Translations under genes and position numbers: made by a program
In this document: positions 48,134 through 57,725 of the stretch, one piece after another
How positions within the stretch are numbered: the first letter of the stretch is position 1
Layout of the letters: every line of letters starts with the position of its first letter
The notes under the pieces: generated by a model
Told to the model about the DNA's origin: nothing
Databases searched by the model: none
What the model saw: only the letters and a program-made list of their open reading frames with translations
DNA from: an uncultured Clostridium sp.
Lineage (GTDB): Bacteria; Bacillota; Clostridia; Ch29
Assembly (NCBI GenBank): GCA_964529035.1
Contig: CAZGUG010000002.1
Location: forward strand, 19,241 to 83,240
Reading direction: 5' to 3'
DNA: 64,000 nucleotides

Positions 48134-49267
48134 ATGGTGCATGAAATGTATATAAAATCAAAGGCGGCGGTGGATAAAAAAACGAAAAGCCTTGCACGAA
48201 GAATATCGCCCGGGCAGATTGGGGTGATATGTCACAGAGACCTGGATGAACTGGGAGCACTGTCACTTATTAATGCAAAGGTTAAAGCGGTAATAAACGC
48301 CGAGGAGGCAATAAGCGGCAGGTACCCTAATCTAGGACCGAAACTGCTGTGCGAGCATGGAATTCCGCTGATTGACGGTGTGGGAAAGGGAGTTATGCAA
48401 CTGATAAAGGAAGGGGATATCCTGGAGATAGTGGATAATGAGATATACCTGGATGGAATACAAGTAGCGAAGGGTAGACTGCTGGATAAAAAAACGATAG
48501 ATAGAAGGATGGAATGGGCTAAACAAAACTTAGAGTCAGAGCTGGATGCATTTATAGATAATACACTGGAGTATGCAAAGAAGGAAAAGGGCTTTATCCT
48601 GGGTCAGCTAAATCTGCCGGCCATTGATACGCAGTTCAGCGGTAAACATGCCTTGATTGTGGTGAGGGGTAAGGACTACAGAAATGACCTGAATACAGTA
48701 CAGTCTTATATAGAAGAGGTCAGACCGATACTGGTAGGAGTGGACGGTGGCGGCGACGCGCTGCTGGAATACGGACTTATTCCGAACATAATTATAGGGG
48801 ATATGGACAGTGTAAGTGACAAAGCACTTAAGTGCTGCAGGGAAATAATTGTACATGCTTATATGGACGGAAGGGCTCCGGGGATGGAAAGAATTAAAGG
48901 GCTGGGGCTGGAGGCGGCGGTTTTAGCCGCACCGGGTACCAGCGAGGATATTGCAATGCTCCTGGCGTATCAGAACGGGGCAGAGCTTATTGTAGCCGTC
49001 GGGGCCCATACCACTATGATTGACTTTCTGGAAAAGGGACGCAGGGGAATGGGAAGCACTTTCCTGACCCGGTTAAAAATAGGCGAAAAGCTGGTTGATG
49101 CAAAGGGGGTAAACAAACTGTACAAAGAGAGCGTCAAAACCAGACACGTAGTTGGGCTGGTCCTTGCCGCCATGATACCGATAGCCATAGTCGGGACTAT
49201 GTCTCCGCCATTTCAGCAGTTGTACAGGCTGCTGTGTATGCGGTTAAGACTGATTATAGGCATGTAA
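48134..49267 (+). CDS. steA: SteA-like putative cytokinetic ring protein (thiamine-pyrophosphokinase-like fold)
   Basis: VGVDGGGDALLEYGLIPNIIIGDMDSV resembles the TPK catalytic motif, with a C-terminal transmembrane segment. Paired with a downstream SteB-like gene. Confidence 0.55.
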   Translation: MVHEMYIKSKAAVDKKTKSLARRISPGQIGVICHRDLDELGALSLINAKVKAVINAEEAISGRYPNLGPKLLCEHGIPLIDGVGKGVMQLIKEGDILEIVDNEIYLDGIQVAKGRLLDKKTIDRRMEWAKQNLESELDAFIDNTLEYAKKEKGFILGQLNLPAIDTQFSGKHALIVVRGKDYRNDLNTVQSYIEEVRPILVGVDGGGDALLEYGLIPNIIIGDMDSVSDKALKCCREIIVHAYMDGRAPGMERIKGLGLEAAVLAAPGTSEDIAMLLAYQNGAELIVAVGAHTTMIDFLEKGRRGMGSTFLTRLKIGEKLVDAKGVNKLYKESVKTRHVVGLVLAAMIPIAIVGTMSPPFQQLYRLLCMRLRLIIGM

Positions 49268-49278
49268 GGAGTGAGCAT

Positions 49279-50160
49279 ATGCTTTTAAATATAAGATACT
49301 ATATTCTGATGATTACTTCGGTGTTTCTGGCCCTTGGAATAGGAATAATCATAGGGTTTTCCCTGGACGGCCAGGAAATATTTGTCGAGCAGCAGCAGGG
49401 ATTGATAAATGAACTGGAGCAGAGATTTGAAGAGATTAGGAATGAAAACATAAGTCTCAAAACCATGACAGATATAAAAGATTTTGAACTCGCCCTGTAT
49501 GAAAGCTTTTCAAAGAATATTTTTTCAAGGCTTGTAAAGGATTGTTTGTGCGGGCTTAAAGTGGCTGTAATTGACTGCGGTGATACATTTACGAATATCG
49601 AACTGGTAGATACGCTTGAACTGGCCGGGGCAACTGTTTCTTCGGTTACGATGCTGAAGGAGGAATTTTTTAACCCTGACCTGCAAAACGTTGTGGTTTT
49701 TAACGAAGGCAAGGATGGACCCATGGAGAATGACCAGATGTATTCATGTTTGTCCGACAGGCTGGTAGACGCAGTGGTTTCAGGGGACGATGAAGGGCAT
49801 GCCCGTCGGATGAAGGAACTGGGTTTTATTAAGATTACCGGTGAATATGACAGCGTAGTGGACTATTTCATAATTACCGGCTGCTTTTGCAAAGGAAACG
49901 ACAATAGGGCGGAAACGGCCGGGATTTCGCTTTTAGAAGCAGTCAAAAACAGCAGCATACCCGTTGTGGGCGTTGAAAAAAGCAGTTGTGAAGAGTCATA
50001 CATTACACATTATAAAACCATGGAAATATCGTCGGTAGATAATATAGACAGCATCATCGGCAGGTATTCACTGGTTAAGGTTTTACAGGGAAGTGAAGGG
50101 CATTACGGAGTAAAGGATACCGCAGACGCCCTTGTCCCGGGAATAGATACGACTATGTAG
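49279..50160 (+). CDS. steB: SteB-like / 'copper transporter' (MctB-like, PF11382) membrane-anchored protein
   Basis: N-terminal transmembrane segment (ILMITSVFLALGIGIIIGF), coiled-coil, then a soluble domain. It overlaps the end of steA. Confidence 0.5.
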   Translation: MLLNIRYYILMITSVFLALGIGIIIGFSLDGQEIFVEQQQGLINELEQRFEEIRNENISLKTMTDIKDFELALYESFSKNIFSRLVKDCLCGLKVAVIDCGDTFTNIELVDTLELAGATVSSVTMLKEEFFNPDLQNVVVFNEGKDGPMENDQMYSCLSDRLVDAVVSGDDEGHARRMKELGFIKITGEYDSVVDYFIITGCFCKGNDNRAETAGISLLEAVKNSSIPVVGVEKSSCEESYITHYKTMEISSVDNIDSIIGRYSLVKVLQGSEGHYGVKDTADALVPGIDTTM

Positions 50161-50172
50161 GAGGATGCGGTC

Positions 50173-50850
50173 TTGGACACAGAAGTTACCGTTTTAATAC
50201 CCGCTTTCAACGAGGAAAAATACATAGCAGGTACCGTATACGGCATAAAAGCATGTGGCGGCATTATAAGGGTAATTGTGATGGATGACGGTTCGACCGA
50301 CGGAACTGCCCGTGCTGCATCAGGTTCGGGTGCCGAGGTGATAAAGCTGAAAAAAAATATGGGTAAGGGCTGTGCGCTGAATTATGGACTGAAAAGCGTG
50401 AATTCCGGAATAATTGCCTTTATAGATGCAGATATAGGAACAGGTTCAAAGGAACTGGAAAAACTGCTAGAACCCATCATAAAAGACAAGGCGGACATGA
50501 CCATCGGGGTTTTGCAGCCGGTTTCAGGCAAAGGAGGTTTTGGCCTGGTAAAAAAACTGTCAAGACTGCTTCTTTTTGTAAGTACCGGTCGAACACTAAC
50601 CGCCGGACTGTCGGGCCAGAGGGTTTTTAAAAGGGAAGTGCTTGATGAGATTGCTCCCATATCCGACGGCTTTGCAGCGGAAATCGGCATGAATATTAAG
50701 GCAATGAAAAAAGGTTACAGGGTACTGGAGGTTCCAGTAAACATGACTCACCGCGAAACAAAAAGGGACCTGAAGGGTTTTTTACACAGAGGTCGACAAT
50801 TTTATGATATACTTAAATACTATTTTATGGAAATGAGGGGCAGCAAATGA
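50173..50850 (+). CDS. Family-2 glycosyltransferase
   Basis: TVLIPAFNEE...VMDDGSTDGT...DAD. Start is TTG after TAGGAGG. Confidence 0.75.
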   Translation: MDTEVTVLIPAFNEEKYIAGTVYGIKACGGIIRVIVMDDGSTDGTARAASGSGAEVIKLKKNMGKGCALNYGLKSVNSGIIAFIDADIGTGSKELEKLLEPIIKDKADMTIGVLQPVSGKGGFGLVKKLSRLLLFVSTGRTLTAGLSGQRVFKREVLDEIAPISDGFAAEIGMNIKAMKKGYRVLEVPVNMTHRETKRDLKGFLHRGRQFYDILKYYFMEMRGSK

Positions 50851-51677
50851 CAATAATGGTACTGCTACCAGCAGCGGCGGCTGCTTACCTGTTATTACCA
50901 AGTTTGAAAAGCATGCTGGAGGCCTCCGGAGCCCTTAGGACAAATTTCCTCGGTAAAAGCATACCAACGGGTTTGGGGATTGCTTTTGTTCCGGCAGCGA
51001 TGGCTGGGGGCCTTACCCTGATGTTCCTGGAAGGGACAGACAGGGAGCTGCTGCTTCTATTTACATTCGGTGTTACCGTTATGGGATTTGCGGGTATTAT
51101 CGACGATCTGCTGGGCGGCAGGTCGGTTAAGGGAATACAGGGGCATATTGGTTGCCTTGCGGCTGGAGAGCTTACCACCGGGGCGCTTAAGGCTATTTTT
51201 GGAACCGGTGCAGCAGCCGTTATCTCTGCATATATTTCTTCCGGAAAATTAGAGTGGATTGTTAACCTTATAATAATCGCTCTCTTTACAAATTTGCTGA
51301 ACTTAATGGACCTAAGGCCTGGCAGGGCGGTAAAATCCTTCTTTTTTCTGTGGGGGGTTTCGTATTTTTTGAAATCAACGACTGGATACGCATATTTGAT
51401 GCTGCCGCTGGCGGGCTGTTTAATCGCTTATTTGCCACTGGATGTAAAGGGGAAAGGTATGATGGGAGATTCCGGCTCAAATGCGCTGGGAATTGCCATG
51501 GGGATATACTACTGTCTCTGCGTCGGACTGAATCAGAAGATAGTTATAATGGCAGCACTGGCGCTGCTTCAGCTTGTGTTTGAAAAATACTCTTTTACCG
51601 GTATGGTAAACAAAAGTAGAATACTAAGGTTTTTGGACGGGTTTGGGACGGGAGGCATTAAGAAAATTGATGATTAG
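50847..51677 (+). CDS. Family-4 glycosyltransferase (MraY/WecA-like polyprenyl-phosphate sugar-1-P transferase)
   Basis: Polytopic membrane protein with NLMDL..G and MMGDSGSNALG, which resemble MraY NxxDGxDG and GDxGSxxLG. Confidence 0.6.
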   Translation: MTIMVLLPAAAAAYLLLPSLKSMLEASGALRTNFLGKSIPTGLGIAFVPAAMAGGLTLMFLEGTDRELLLLFTFGVTVMGFAGIIDDLLGGRSVKGIQGHIGCLAAGELTTGALKAIFGTGAAAVISAYISSGKLEWIVNLIIIALFTNLLNLMDLRPGRAVKSFFFLWGVSYFLKSTTGYAYLMLPLAGCLIAYLPLDVKGKGMMGDSGSNALGIAMGIYYCLCVGLNQKIVIMAALALLQLVFEKYSFTGMVNKSRILRFLDGFGTGGIKKIDD

Positions 51678-52740
51678 AGCAAGGGAAGGTGCTGTTAAAA
51701 GGCTTGGGCATAAGAGGCGCGGTGTTTGGGAAATTGAGGTAGACATTGAGGGAAAATCCGCACCGGCGATTGTATATACAGACCTTACAGGCTGCGTTAA
51801 GGAAGGCGACAGGGTACTTCTTAACACTACTGCGGATTTTCTGGGGCTTGGGACCGGCGGATACAGTTTTGTCATGGCAAACCTTGACGATACAGACAGT
51901 GACCTGTCGGGACCCGGCCATATAATGAAACTCAGGTATACCCCGATGCAGGTAAAATGCCTGGCTGCAGAAGAACAGAACAGCAGATTTCATAAACAAA
52001 TAAAGGATTTTGACAGCTTAAAGGGCAGGCCGGTTGTTGTGGTACCACTGCACAGCATGCTGGGTCCCCTGTGTGCATTGGTCAAAATAGTGTTTAATGA
52101 TACCAAGATTGGTTATGTTATGACCGACGGAGCCGCGCTGCCTGCAGCCTTCAGCAAAACCGTGCACGAATTGAAAAAGCTAAGACTTCTGGATTTGGTA
52201 ATTACAGCCGGGAACGCATTCGGCGGCGACCTGGAAACTGTAAATTTTTATACCGGAATTATTGCTGCGGACAAAGTGGGAAATTGTGACCTTATTATTG
52301 TGGGTATGGGCCCGGGAATAACGGGTACCGGTACGAAATTTGGATTCACCGGAGTGGAGCAGGGATACATCATTGACGGAATAAATACCCTGGAAGGGCT
52401 GCCGGTGGTAATTCCAAGGGTAAGTTTTGCCGATAAAAGAGAAAGGCACAAAGGGATAAGTCACCATTCGCTGACGGTGCTGAAAGATATTGCAAAAACA
52501 AAGGCTCTGTTGTCTCTGCCTCTGCTGGAAAAACAAAAAAACGAATACATTACCGGCCAGATACGAAAATTCAATATTGAAAAAAAACATACGGTAGTAT
52601 TTAATAGGGGTGATAAAGTAATCGGGGCGATGGAAGAGTTTGGTCTCCAAACCACTACCATGGGCAGAGGGATAGATGAGGACAGGGATTTTTTTTTGAC
52701 TGTCGGAGCCGCTGCGGAAGTACTGTCCGAATATCTTTAA
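51670..52740 (+). CDS. DUF3866-like conserved hypothetical protein
   Basis: 357 aa, soluble. ATG 51670 overlaps the upstream stop. Family name recalled from memory, not verified. Confidence 0.4.
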   Translation: MIRAREGAVKRLGHKRRGVWEIEVDIEGKSAPAIVYTDLTGCVKEGDRVLLNTTADFLGLGTGGYSFVMANLDDTDSDLSGPGHIMKLRYTPMQVKCLAAEEQNSRFHKQIKDFDSLKGRPVVVVPLHSMLGPLCALVKIVFNDTKIGYVMTDGAALPAAFSKTVHELKKLRLLDLVITAGNAFGGDLETVNFYTGIIAADKVGNCDLIIVGMGPGITGTGTKFGFTGVEQGYIIDGINTLEGLPVVIPRVSFADKRERHKGISHHSLTVLKDIAKTKALLSLPLLEKQKNEYITGQIRKFNIEKKHTVVFNRGDKVIGAMEEFGLQTTTMGRGIDEDRDFFLTVGAAAEVLSEYL

Positions 52741-52742
52741 AT

Positions 52743-52874
52743 TCAAGTTTCTCTTTCAAGTTCAAGATACTGTTTAAGTGACATATTTGTCATTTTTAGC
52801 TTTGCAAGAAAATCCAGGACGTCACGGATGTCGCCTATCAAATAAAGCCTTCTGCTTGTAGTGATTTTATACAT
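52743..52874 (-). CDS. Unannotated small ORF (43 aa: MYKITTSRRLYLIGDIRDVLDFLAKLKMTNMSLKQYLELERET)
   Basis: Found by reading the minus strand; it is absent from the ORF track because it is under 60 aa. A consensus RBS GGAGG (complement of 52880-52884) sits 5 nt upstream of the ATG. It is convergent with the DUF3866 gene and does not overlap it. Confidence 0.35.
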   Translation of the reverse strand: MYKITTSRRLYLIGDIRDVLDFLAKLKMTNMSLKQYLELERET

Positions 52875-52901
52875 AATAGCCTCCTGATAAATTTTTATAT
52901 A

Positions 52902-53486
52902 TTGTATTCAAAACGTATGCGGTTTATTCCAAGAGAAGAAGGAGTGAAAAGGGTGGAAAAAACTCTGGAAAGCAAGTCAATTTACAAAGGCAGGGTAATC
53001 AGTCTCAGGCTGGACAGCGTTCAGCTAGACAGCGGAAAAAAAGCGTACAGGGAGATTGTTGAACATCCCGGAGCCGTGGGGATAATACCTTTGAAAGGCA
53101 ACGGAGATCTAATACTGGTAAAACAGTATAGAAAAGCGGTGGAAGAGTACCTGCTGGAACTTCCGGCGGGGAAACTCGAGGCAGGCGAGGATCCCGGGGA
53201 ATGCGCCGCAAGGGAATTAAAGGAGGAAACGGGCTACAGGGCACGCAATATTAGATATGTGTCCAGCTTTTATACCTCGCCGGGATTTTCGAATGAAGTA
53301 ATGCATGTTTTTATTGCCACAGGGCTTGAATATGATGAAAAAAAACCGGATGAGGATGAGATCATAAAGATTATTGAAATAAATCATGAAGAAGCCTTGG
53401 ATATGGCACTGAATGGAAAGCTGAGGGATGCCAAAACAATAACCGGTATACTGCTGCTCAGCATGATAAAAAATGATATGACATAA
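52902..53486 (+). CDS. NUDIX hydrolase (ADP-ribose pyrophosphatase-like)
   Basis: Nudix box GKLEAGEDPGECAARELKEETG. Confidence 0.8.
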   Translation: MYSKRMRFIPREEGVKRVEKTLESKSIYKGRVISLRLDSVQLDSGKKAYREIVEHPGAVGIIPLKGNGDLILVKQYRKAVEEYLLELPAGKLEAGEDPGECAARELKEETGYRARNIRYVSSFYTSPGFSNEVMHVFIATGLEYDEKKPDEDEIIKIIEINHEEALDMALNGKLRDAKTITGILLLSMIKNDMT

Positions 53487-53556
53487 AGCAGGACAAACGG
53501 GCATAACATTTACTAAAGAAATAGTGGATAATGTGCCCGGAGGTGCTCTTTAAGGT

Positions 53557-54174
53557 ATGGTCTTGAAAAAAGCGATAGTGAAACAAATAAAGAATAATGC
53601 TTTGCTTTATTTTTTGGTTCTGGTGTTTTTTATTGCGGGTATCACTGCGGGTGCCTTTACCGTGGATGCATTGTCTTCAGTCCAGAAAGAGGAACTGGTA
53701 AACTATTTTCAGAGCTTTTTCAGCGTTTTGAACTCTGAAACGGTTAAATCCGCCGCAGTGTTTAAACAGTCCCTTGCCAACAATGTTCAGTTCATACTGC
53801 TTATATGGATACTGGGTATAACAATAATAGGGATCCCATTAATTCTAATGATTGTTGGTATAAAGGGATTTATTATCGGTTTTTCGGTAAGCTTTCTGGT
53901 GGAAGGAATGGGAGTAAGGGGCCTTTTGTTTGCCTTGGTTTCAATACTGCCGCAAAACCTGCTTATAGTCCCGGCGGTAGTGGTGGCGGGCGTTATGGGC
54001 ATTTCATTTTCACTTTCAATGCTTAACAGAAGAAAAATTAGACACAAGAAAAGCTTTTCAAGTGAGTTTTTGCTATATTCGGTTAATTTTTTAACGATAT
54101 TTTTTATAGTGACTGTGGGTTCACTGATAGAGGGCTATATTACCCCTGTGTTTATGAAGCTGTTTTCCAATTGA
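53557..54174 (+). CDS. spoIIM: Stage II sporulation protein M
   Basis: 205 aa, five transmembrane segments, length and topology of SpoIIM; it follows a nudF-like gene as in Bacillus. Confidence 0.7.
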   Translation: MVLKKAIVKQIKNNALLYFLVLVFFIAGITAGAFTVDALSSVQKEELVNYFQSFFSVLNSETVKSAAVFKQSLANNVQFILLIWILGITIIGIPLILMIVGIKGFIIGFSVSFLVEGMGVRGLLFALVSILPQNLLIVPAVVVAGVMGISFSLSMLNRRKIRHKKSFSSEFLLYSVNFLTIFFIVTVGSLIEGYITPVFMKLFSN

Positions 54175-54222
54175 TAAAATTTCTACTAAAAGAGGGATTT
54201 TAATAAAAATAGCGAATATGTA

Positions 54223-54270
54223 AACTGGGTATTGTATAACTTATGTTTATATGTTATACAATACCCAGTT
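54223..54270. promoter_or_regulatory. Perfect 18-bp inverted repeat with a 12-nt spacer (aactgggtattgtataac N12 gttatacaatacccagtt) upstream of ald
   Basis: Both arms read exactly. There is no U-tract, so it is more likely an operator or a processing hairpin than an intrinsic terminator. Confidence 0.6.
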
Positions 54271-54304
54271 GCAGGTTTAAAATAAACATAGGGGAGTGTG
54301 TTAT

Positions 54305-55420
54305 ATGATTATCGGAGTACCAAGGGAGATTAAGGCAAATGAGAACAGGGTTGCAATTACCCCGGCCGGCGTGGAAGCCTTTGTTAAGGCAGGGCACAAA
54401 GTAGTGGTCGAAAAGACTGCCGGAATCGGAAGCAGCATTACCGATGAGGAGTATGCAGCAGCAGGTGCCCAAATGCTGGAAACCAGCAAAGAGGTTTTTG
54501 AGCAGGCGGATATGATTATGAAAGTAAAAGAGCCTCTGAAACCGGAATATGACCTTATGAAAGAAAACCAGGTGATATTTACGTATCTGCATCTGGCTCC
54601 CGAACCTGAATTGACTAAGGCCATGCTTGGCAAAAAAGTAATAGGTATAGCTTACGAAACCGTTCAGCCGGAAGACGGTTCGCTTCCGCTTTTGGCACCG
54701 ATGAGCGAAGTGGCGGGCAGAATGGCTGTACAAATAGGAGCAAGACTTTTAGAAAAAATGTCCGGCGGCAGAGGGATGCTTCTTGGGGGAGTCTCCGGTG
54801 TTGCTCCCGCAAGGGTAGTAATTGTGGGAGGAGGTAACGTTGGAGCCAACGCAGCCAAAATGGCAGTGGGATTGGGCGCAGACGTAACCGTACTTGATGT
54901 CAGCATAAAAAGGCTGGCATACCTGGACGACATATTCGGAAACAAAATCAAAAACCTGATGTCCAACAGCTTCAATATTGCCCAGGCCCTTGAAGGAGCC
55001 GATTTACTGGTAGGAGCCGTGTTGATACCCGGTGCAAAGGCACCGAAGCTTATTACAGAAGAAATGGTAAAAAGCATGAATAATGGCGGAGCAATAGTGG
55101 ACGTTGCAATAGACCAGGGAGGCACGGTCATGACGATAGACAGGGTCACCAGTCATGCAGATCCTACCTTTGTAAAACACGGTATAGTTCACTATTCTGT
55201 ACCGAATATCCCTGGTGCAGTGCCCAGGACATCCACCTTTGCCCTGACCAACGCTACCATGCCCTATGCCCTTAAACTGGCCAACATGGGTCCGGAAGCG
55301 GCAATGAAGGCGGATATAGCATTGAAAAGAGGACTTAACACTTACAAAGGAAAACTTACCTACAAAGCAGTTGCAGATGACCAGGGTCTTGAGTATGTCT
55401 GCGCAGACGATTTGCTTTAA
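54305..55420 (+). CDS. ald: Alanine dehydrogenase
   Basis: [10 protein letters not shown]...; Rossmann GxGxxG in [22 protein letters not shown] precedes ATG 54305. Confidence 0.9.
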   Translation: MIIGVPREIKANENRVAITPAGVEAFVKAGHKVVVEKTAGIGSSITDEEYAAAGAQMLETSKEVFEQADMIMKVKEPLKPEYDLMKENQVIFTYLHLAPEPELTKAMLGKKVIGIAYETVQPEDGSLPLLAPMSEVAGRMAVQIGARLLEKMSGGRGMLLGGVSGVAPARVVIVGGGNVGANAAKMAVGLGADVTVLDVSIKRLAYLDDIFGNKIKNLMSNSFNIAQALEGADLLVGAVLIPGAKAPKLITEEMVKSMNNGGAIVDVAIDQGGTVMTIDRVTSHADPTFVKHGIVHYSVPNIPGAVPRTSTFALTNATMPYALKLANMGPEAAMKADIALKRGLNTYKGKLTYKAVADDQGLEYVCADDLL

Positions 55421-55427
55421 TCAAAAA

Positions 55428-55457
55428 GAAGCTTCCCTCAGGGGGAGCTTCTTTGTA
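55428..55457 (+). terminator. Terminator after ald
   Basis: Stem gaagcttccc / gggagcttc followed by a U-rich tail. Confidence 0.55.
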
Positions 55458-55611
55458 TCACATTTTGAACCCTGTGAATTATTTGAAGAATACCGGGGAG
55501 AATAAATTATGGATAATTTGTAAGGGCATAGCAGGAATAATTAAAGGATTTTTCATTTTTCTGTTGAAGTATAGATAAAACCTAATAATGGGATAAAGGA
55601 GCCTGGCATAT

Positions 55612-56499
55612 ATGAACGAATTGCTGGAAAAATACATAGGTTATATAGCGGAAGTTAGAAAGCTCTCATCCAACACCGTTGAATCCTACGGCAGAGATAT
55701 AAGACAGTACATAGAGTATATCCGGGGAAAAAACATATCAAGCCTAAAGAACACAAACAAGACGACAGTAATAACATACCTGCTGTATCTGCAAAAAAAC
55801 GGAAGGGCCACGTCCACCATATCAAGAAACCTTGCTTCGATAAGGGCTTTTTACCAGTATATGGCTTCCGAAAGGATAATTGACAAGGATCCTACAGTGG
55901 ACTTGGAATCGCCAAGGGTAGAAAAAAGGCTTCCGGTAATTCTGACCAACAAAGAGGTGGAAATGCTGCTGGAACAACCCGACTGCAGTGATGCAAAGGG
56001 GACCAGGGACAAATCCATGCTGGAGCTTCTGTATGCCACAGGTATTAGGGTATCCGAACTTGTTGCCCTTGACTTAAACGATATAAACATGGAACTGGGT
56101 TACATAAAATGCTCAAAAAGTAATGAAAAGGAAAGGATTATTCCCGTTGGAACAATAGCACTGGAAATAATGGAAAGATACATAAACCGGGTGAGGCCGG
56201 GACTTGTAAGTGACAAATCCGAAAAGGCACTTTATGTGAACTATAAGGGAGAGAGACTTACAAGACAGGGTTTTTGGAAAATAATTAAGGGATACAAAAA
56301 CAAAGCCAACATAAATAAAGCCATAACGCCGCATACACTGCGGCATTCCTTTGCTGCCCACCTTTTGCAAAATGGAGCCGATTTGAAATCAGTACAGGAA
56401 ATGCTGGGCCACTCCGACATCTCCACAACACAGATTTATACGCAGATAACCAAAAACAGGATTAAGGAAGTATACAATAAAGCACATCCAAGGGCATAA
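55612..56499 (+). CDS. xerD: Tyrosine recombinase XerD
   Basis: R..HxxR..Y catalytic set (HTLRHSFA...HSDISTTQIYTQ), 295 aa. Confidence 0.85.
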   Translation: MNELLEKYIGYIAEVRKLSSNTVESYGRDIRQYIEYIRGKNISSLKNTNKTTVITYLLYLQKNGRATSTISRNLASIRAFYQYMASERIIDKDPTVDLESPRVEKRLPVILTNKEVEMLLEQPDCSDAKGTRDKSMLELLYATGIRVSELVALDLNDINMELGYIKCSKSNEKERIIPVGTIALEIMERYINRVRPGLVSDKSEKALYVNYKGERLTRQGFWKIIKGYKNKANINKAITPHTLRHSFAAHLLQNGADLKSVQEMLGHSDISTTQIYTQITKNRIKEVYNKAHPRA

Positions 56500-56514
56500 A
56501 GCCCTTTTTTGTTT
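56490..56514 (+). terminator. Terminator overlapping the xerD stop
   Basis: Stem aagggc / gccctt followed by T6GTTTT. Confidence 0.65.
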
Positions 56515-56535
56515 TAAGCCTCGGAAGGGAGTGAA

Positions 56536-57714
56536 GTGGAATTGCTTGACCGTGTTATTATAATAGTAATGGACAGCGTCGGTATCGGTGAACTGCCGGA
56601 TGCCTATATGTACGGAGACGAGGGCAGCAATACGCTGGGGCATATATACAGGGACATAGAAGGGTTCTCGCTGCCAAACCTGGAGCGCCTGGGAGTGGGA
56701 AATATCGAAGGAACGAGGTACATACGAAAATCTCCGGCACCTGTGGGGTGCTACGGAAGGGCAATGGAAAAGTCCAAGGGAAAGGATACAATTACGGGTC
56801 ACTGGGAGATGACCGGTATTGTGCTTGAGAAACCCTTTCCAACCTACCCGGATGGTTTTCCCGAGAGTATAATTGAAAGATTTGAAAATATCGTGGGATG
56901 CCGGGTGCTTGGAAACACGACAGCTTCAGGAACCGTAATAATAGAGCAGCTTGGAAAAGAGCATATGAAAACGGGCTGCCCGATTGTATACACTTCTGCC
57001 GACAGCGTTTTCCAGATAGCCGCCCATGAGGAGATCATATCCCCTAAAAAGCTTTACGGAATGTGCAAAGAGGCAAGAAATCTACTAACCGGGGACCACA
57101 TGGTGGCCAGGGTTATCGCAAGGCCTTTTGTAGGCAGGCCCGGCAGATTTACAAGAACAGCAAACCGAAGGGATTTCTCGGTATCTCCTCCGGAAAAAAC
57201 ACTGCTTGACCTGGCGGTGGAGCAGGGGCACGTTGTGTCGGCGGTGGGGAAAATATCGGATATATTTAACAACAGGGGAATATCAAGATATGTACATACC
57301 AGAAACAACAGCGAAGGCATACAAAGGACCGTTGATTACATGGATGACGGTACAAAGGGAATTATATTTACCAACCTGGTAGATTTTGATATGAAATACG
57401 GACACAGGAATAACGTGGAAGGTTATGCAAGTGCCCTAAGGGAATTTGACGAGGGACTTGCCGTGTTGATGGAACACCTTGCGGATGACGATCTGCTTAT
57501 ACTGACCGCAGACCACGGTTGTGACCCCACCACCGTAAGTACGGACCATTCACGGGAATATGTTCCCATACTGGCCTATGGCAGGCATATAAAAAAAGAT
57601 GTTGATATAGGTACCAGGGCGTCTTTCGCGGATATTGGGGCAACAGCTGCCCATGTCCTGGGACTTAAGGGCTGTAGATGTGGTGAGAGCTTCATTAATC
57701 TGATTATAAAGTGA
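56536..57714 (+). CDS. deoB: Phosphopentomutase
   Basis: [11 protein letters not shown] followed by metal-binding Asp/His motifs. The start is GTG 56536 or TTG 56542. Confidence 0.9.
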   Translation: MELLDRVIIIVMDSVGIGELPDAYMYGDEGSNTLGHIYRDIEGFSLPNLERLGVGNIEGTRYIRKSPAPVGCYGRAMEKSKGKDTITGHWEMTGIVLEKPFPTYPDGFPESIIERFENIVGCRVLGNTTASGTVIIEQLGKEHMKTGCPIVYTSADSVFQIAAHEEIISPKKLYGMCKEARNLLTGDHMVARVIARPFVGRPGRFTRTANRRDFSVSPPEKTLLDLAVEQGHVVSAVGKISDIFNNRGISRYVHTRNNSEGIQRTVDYMDDGTKGIIFTNLVDFDMKYGHRNNVEGYASALREFDEGLAVLMEHLADDDLLILTADHGCDPTTVSTDHSREYVPILAYGRHIKKDVDIGTRASFADIGATAAHVLGLKGCRCGESFINLIIK

Positions 57715-57725
57715 GGTATATTGGA

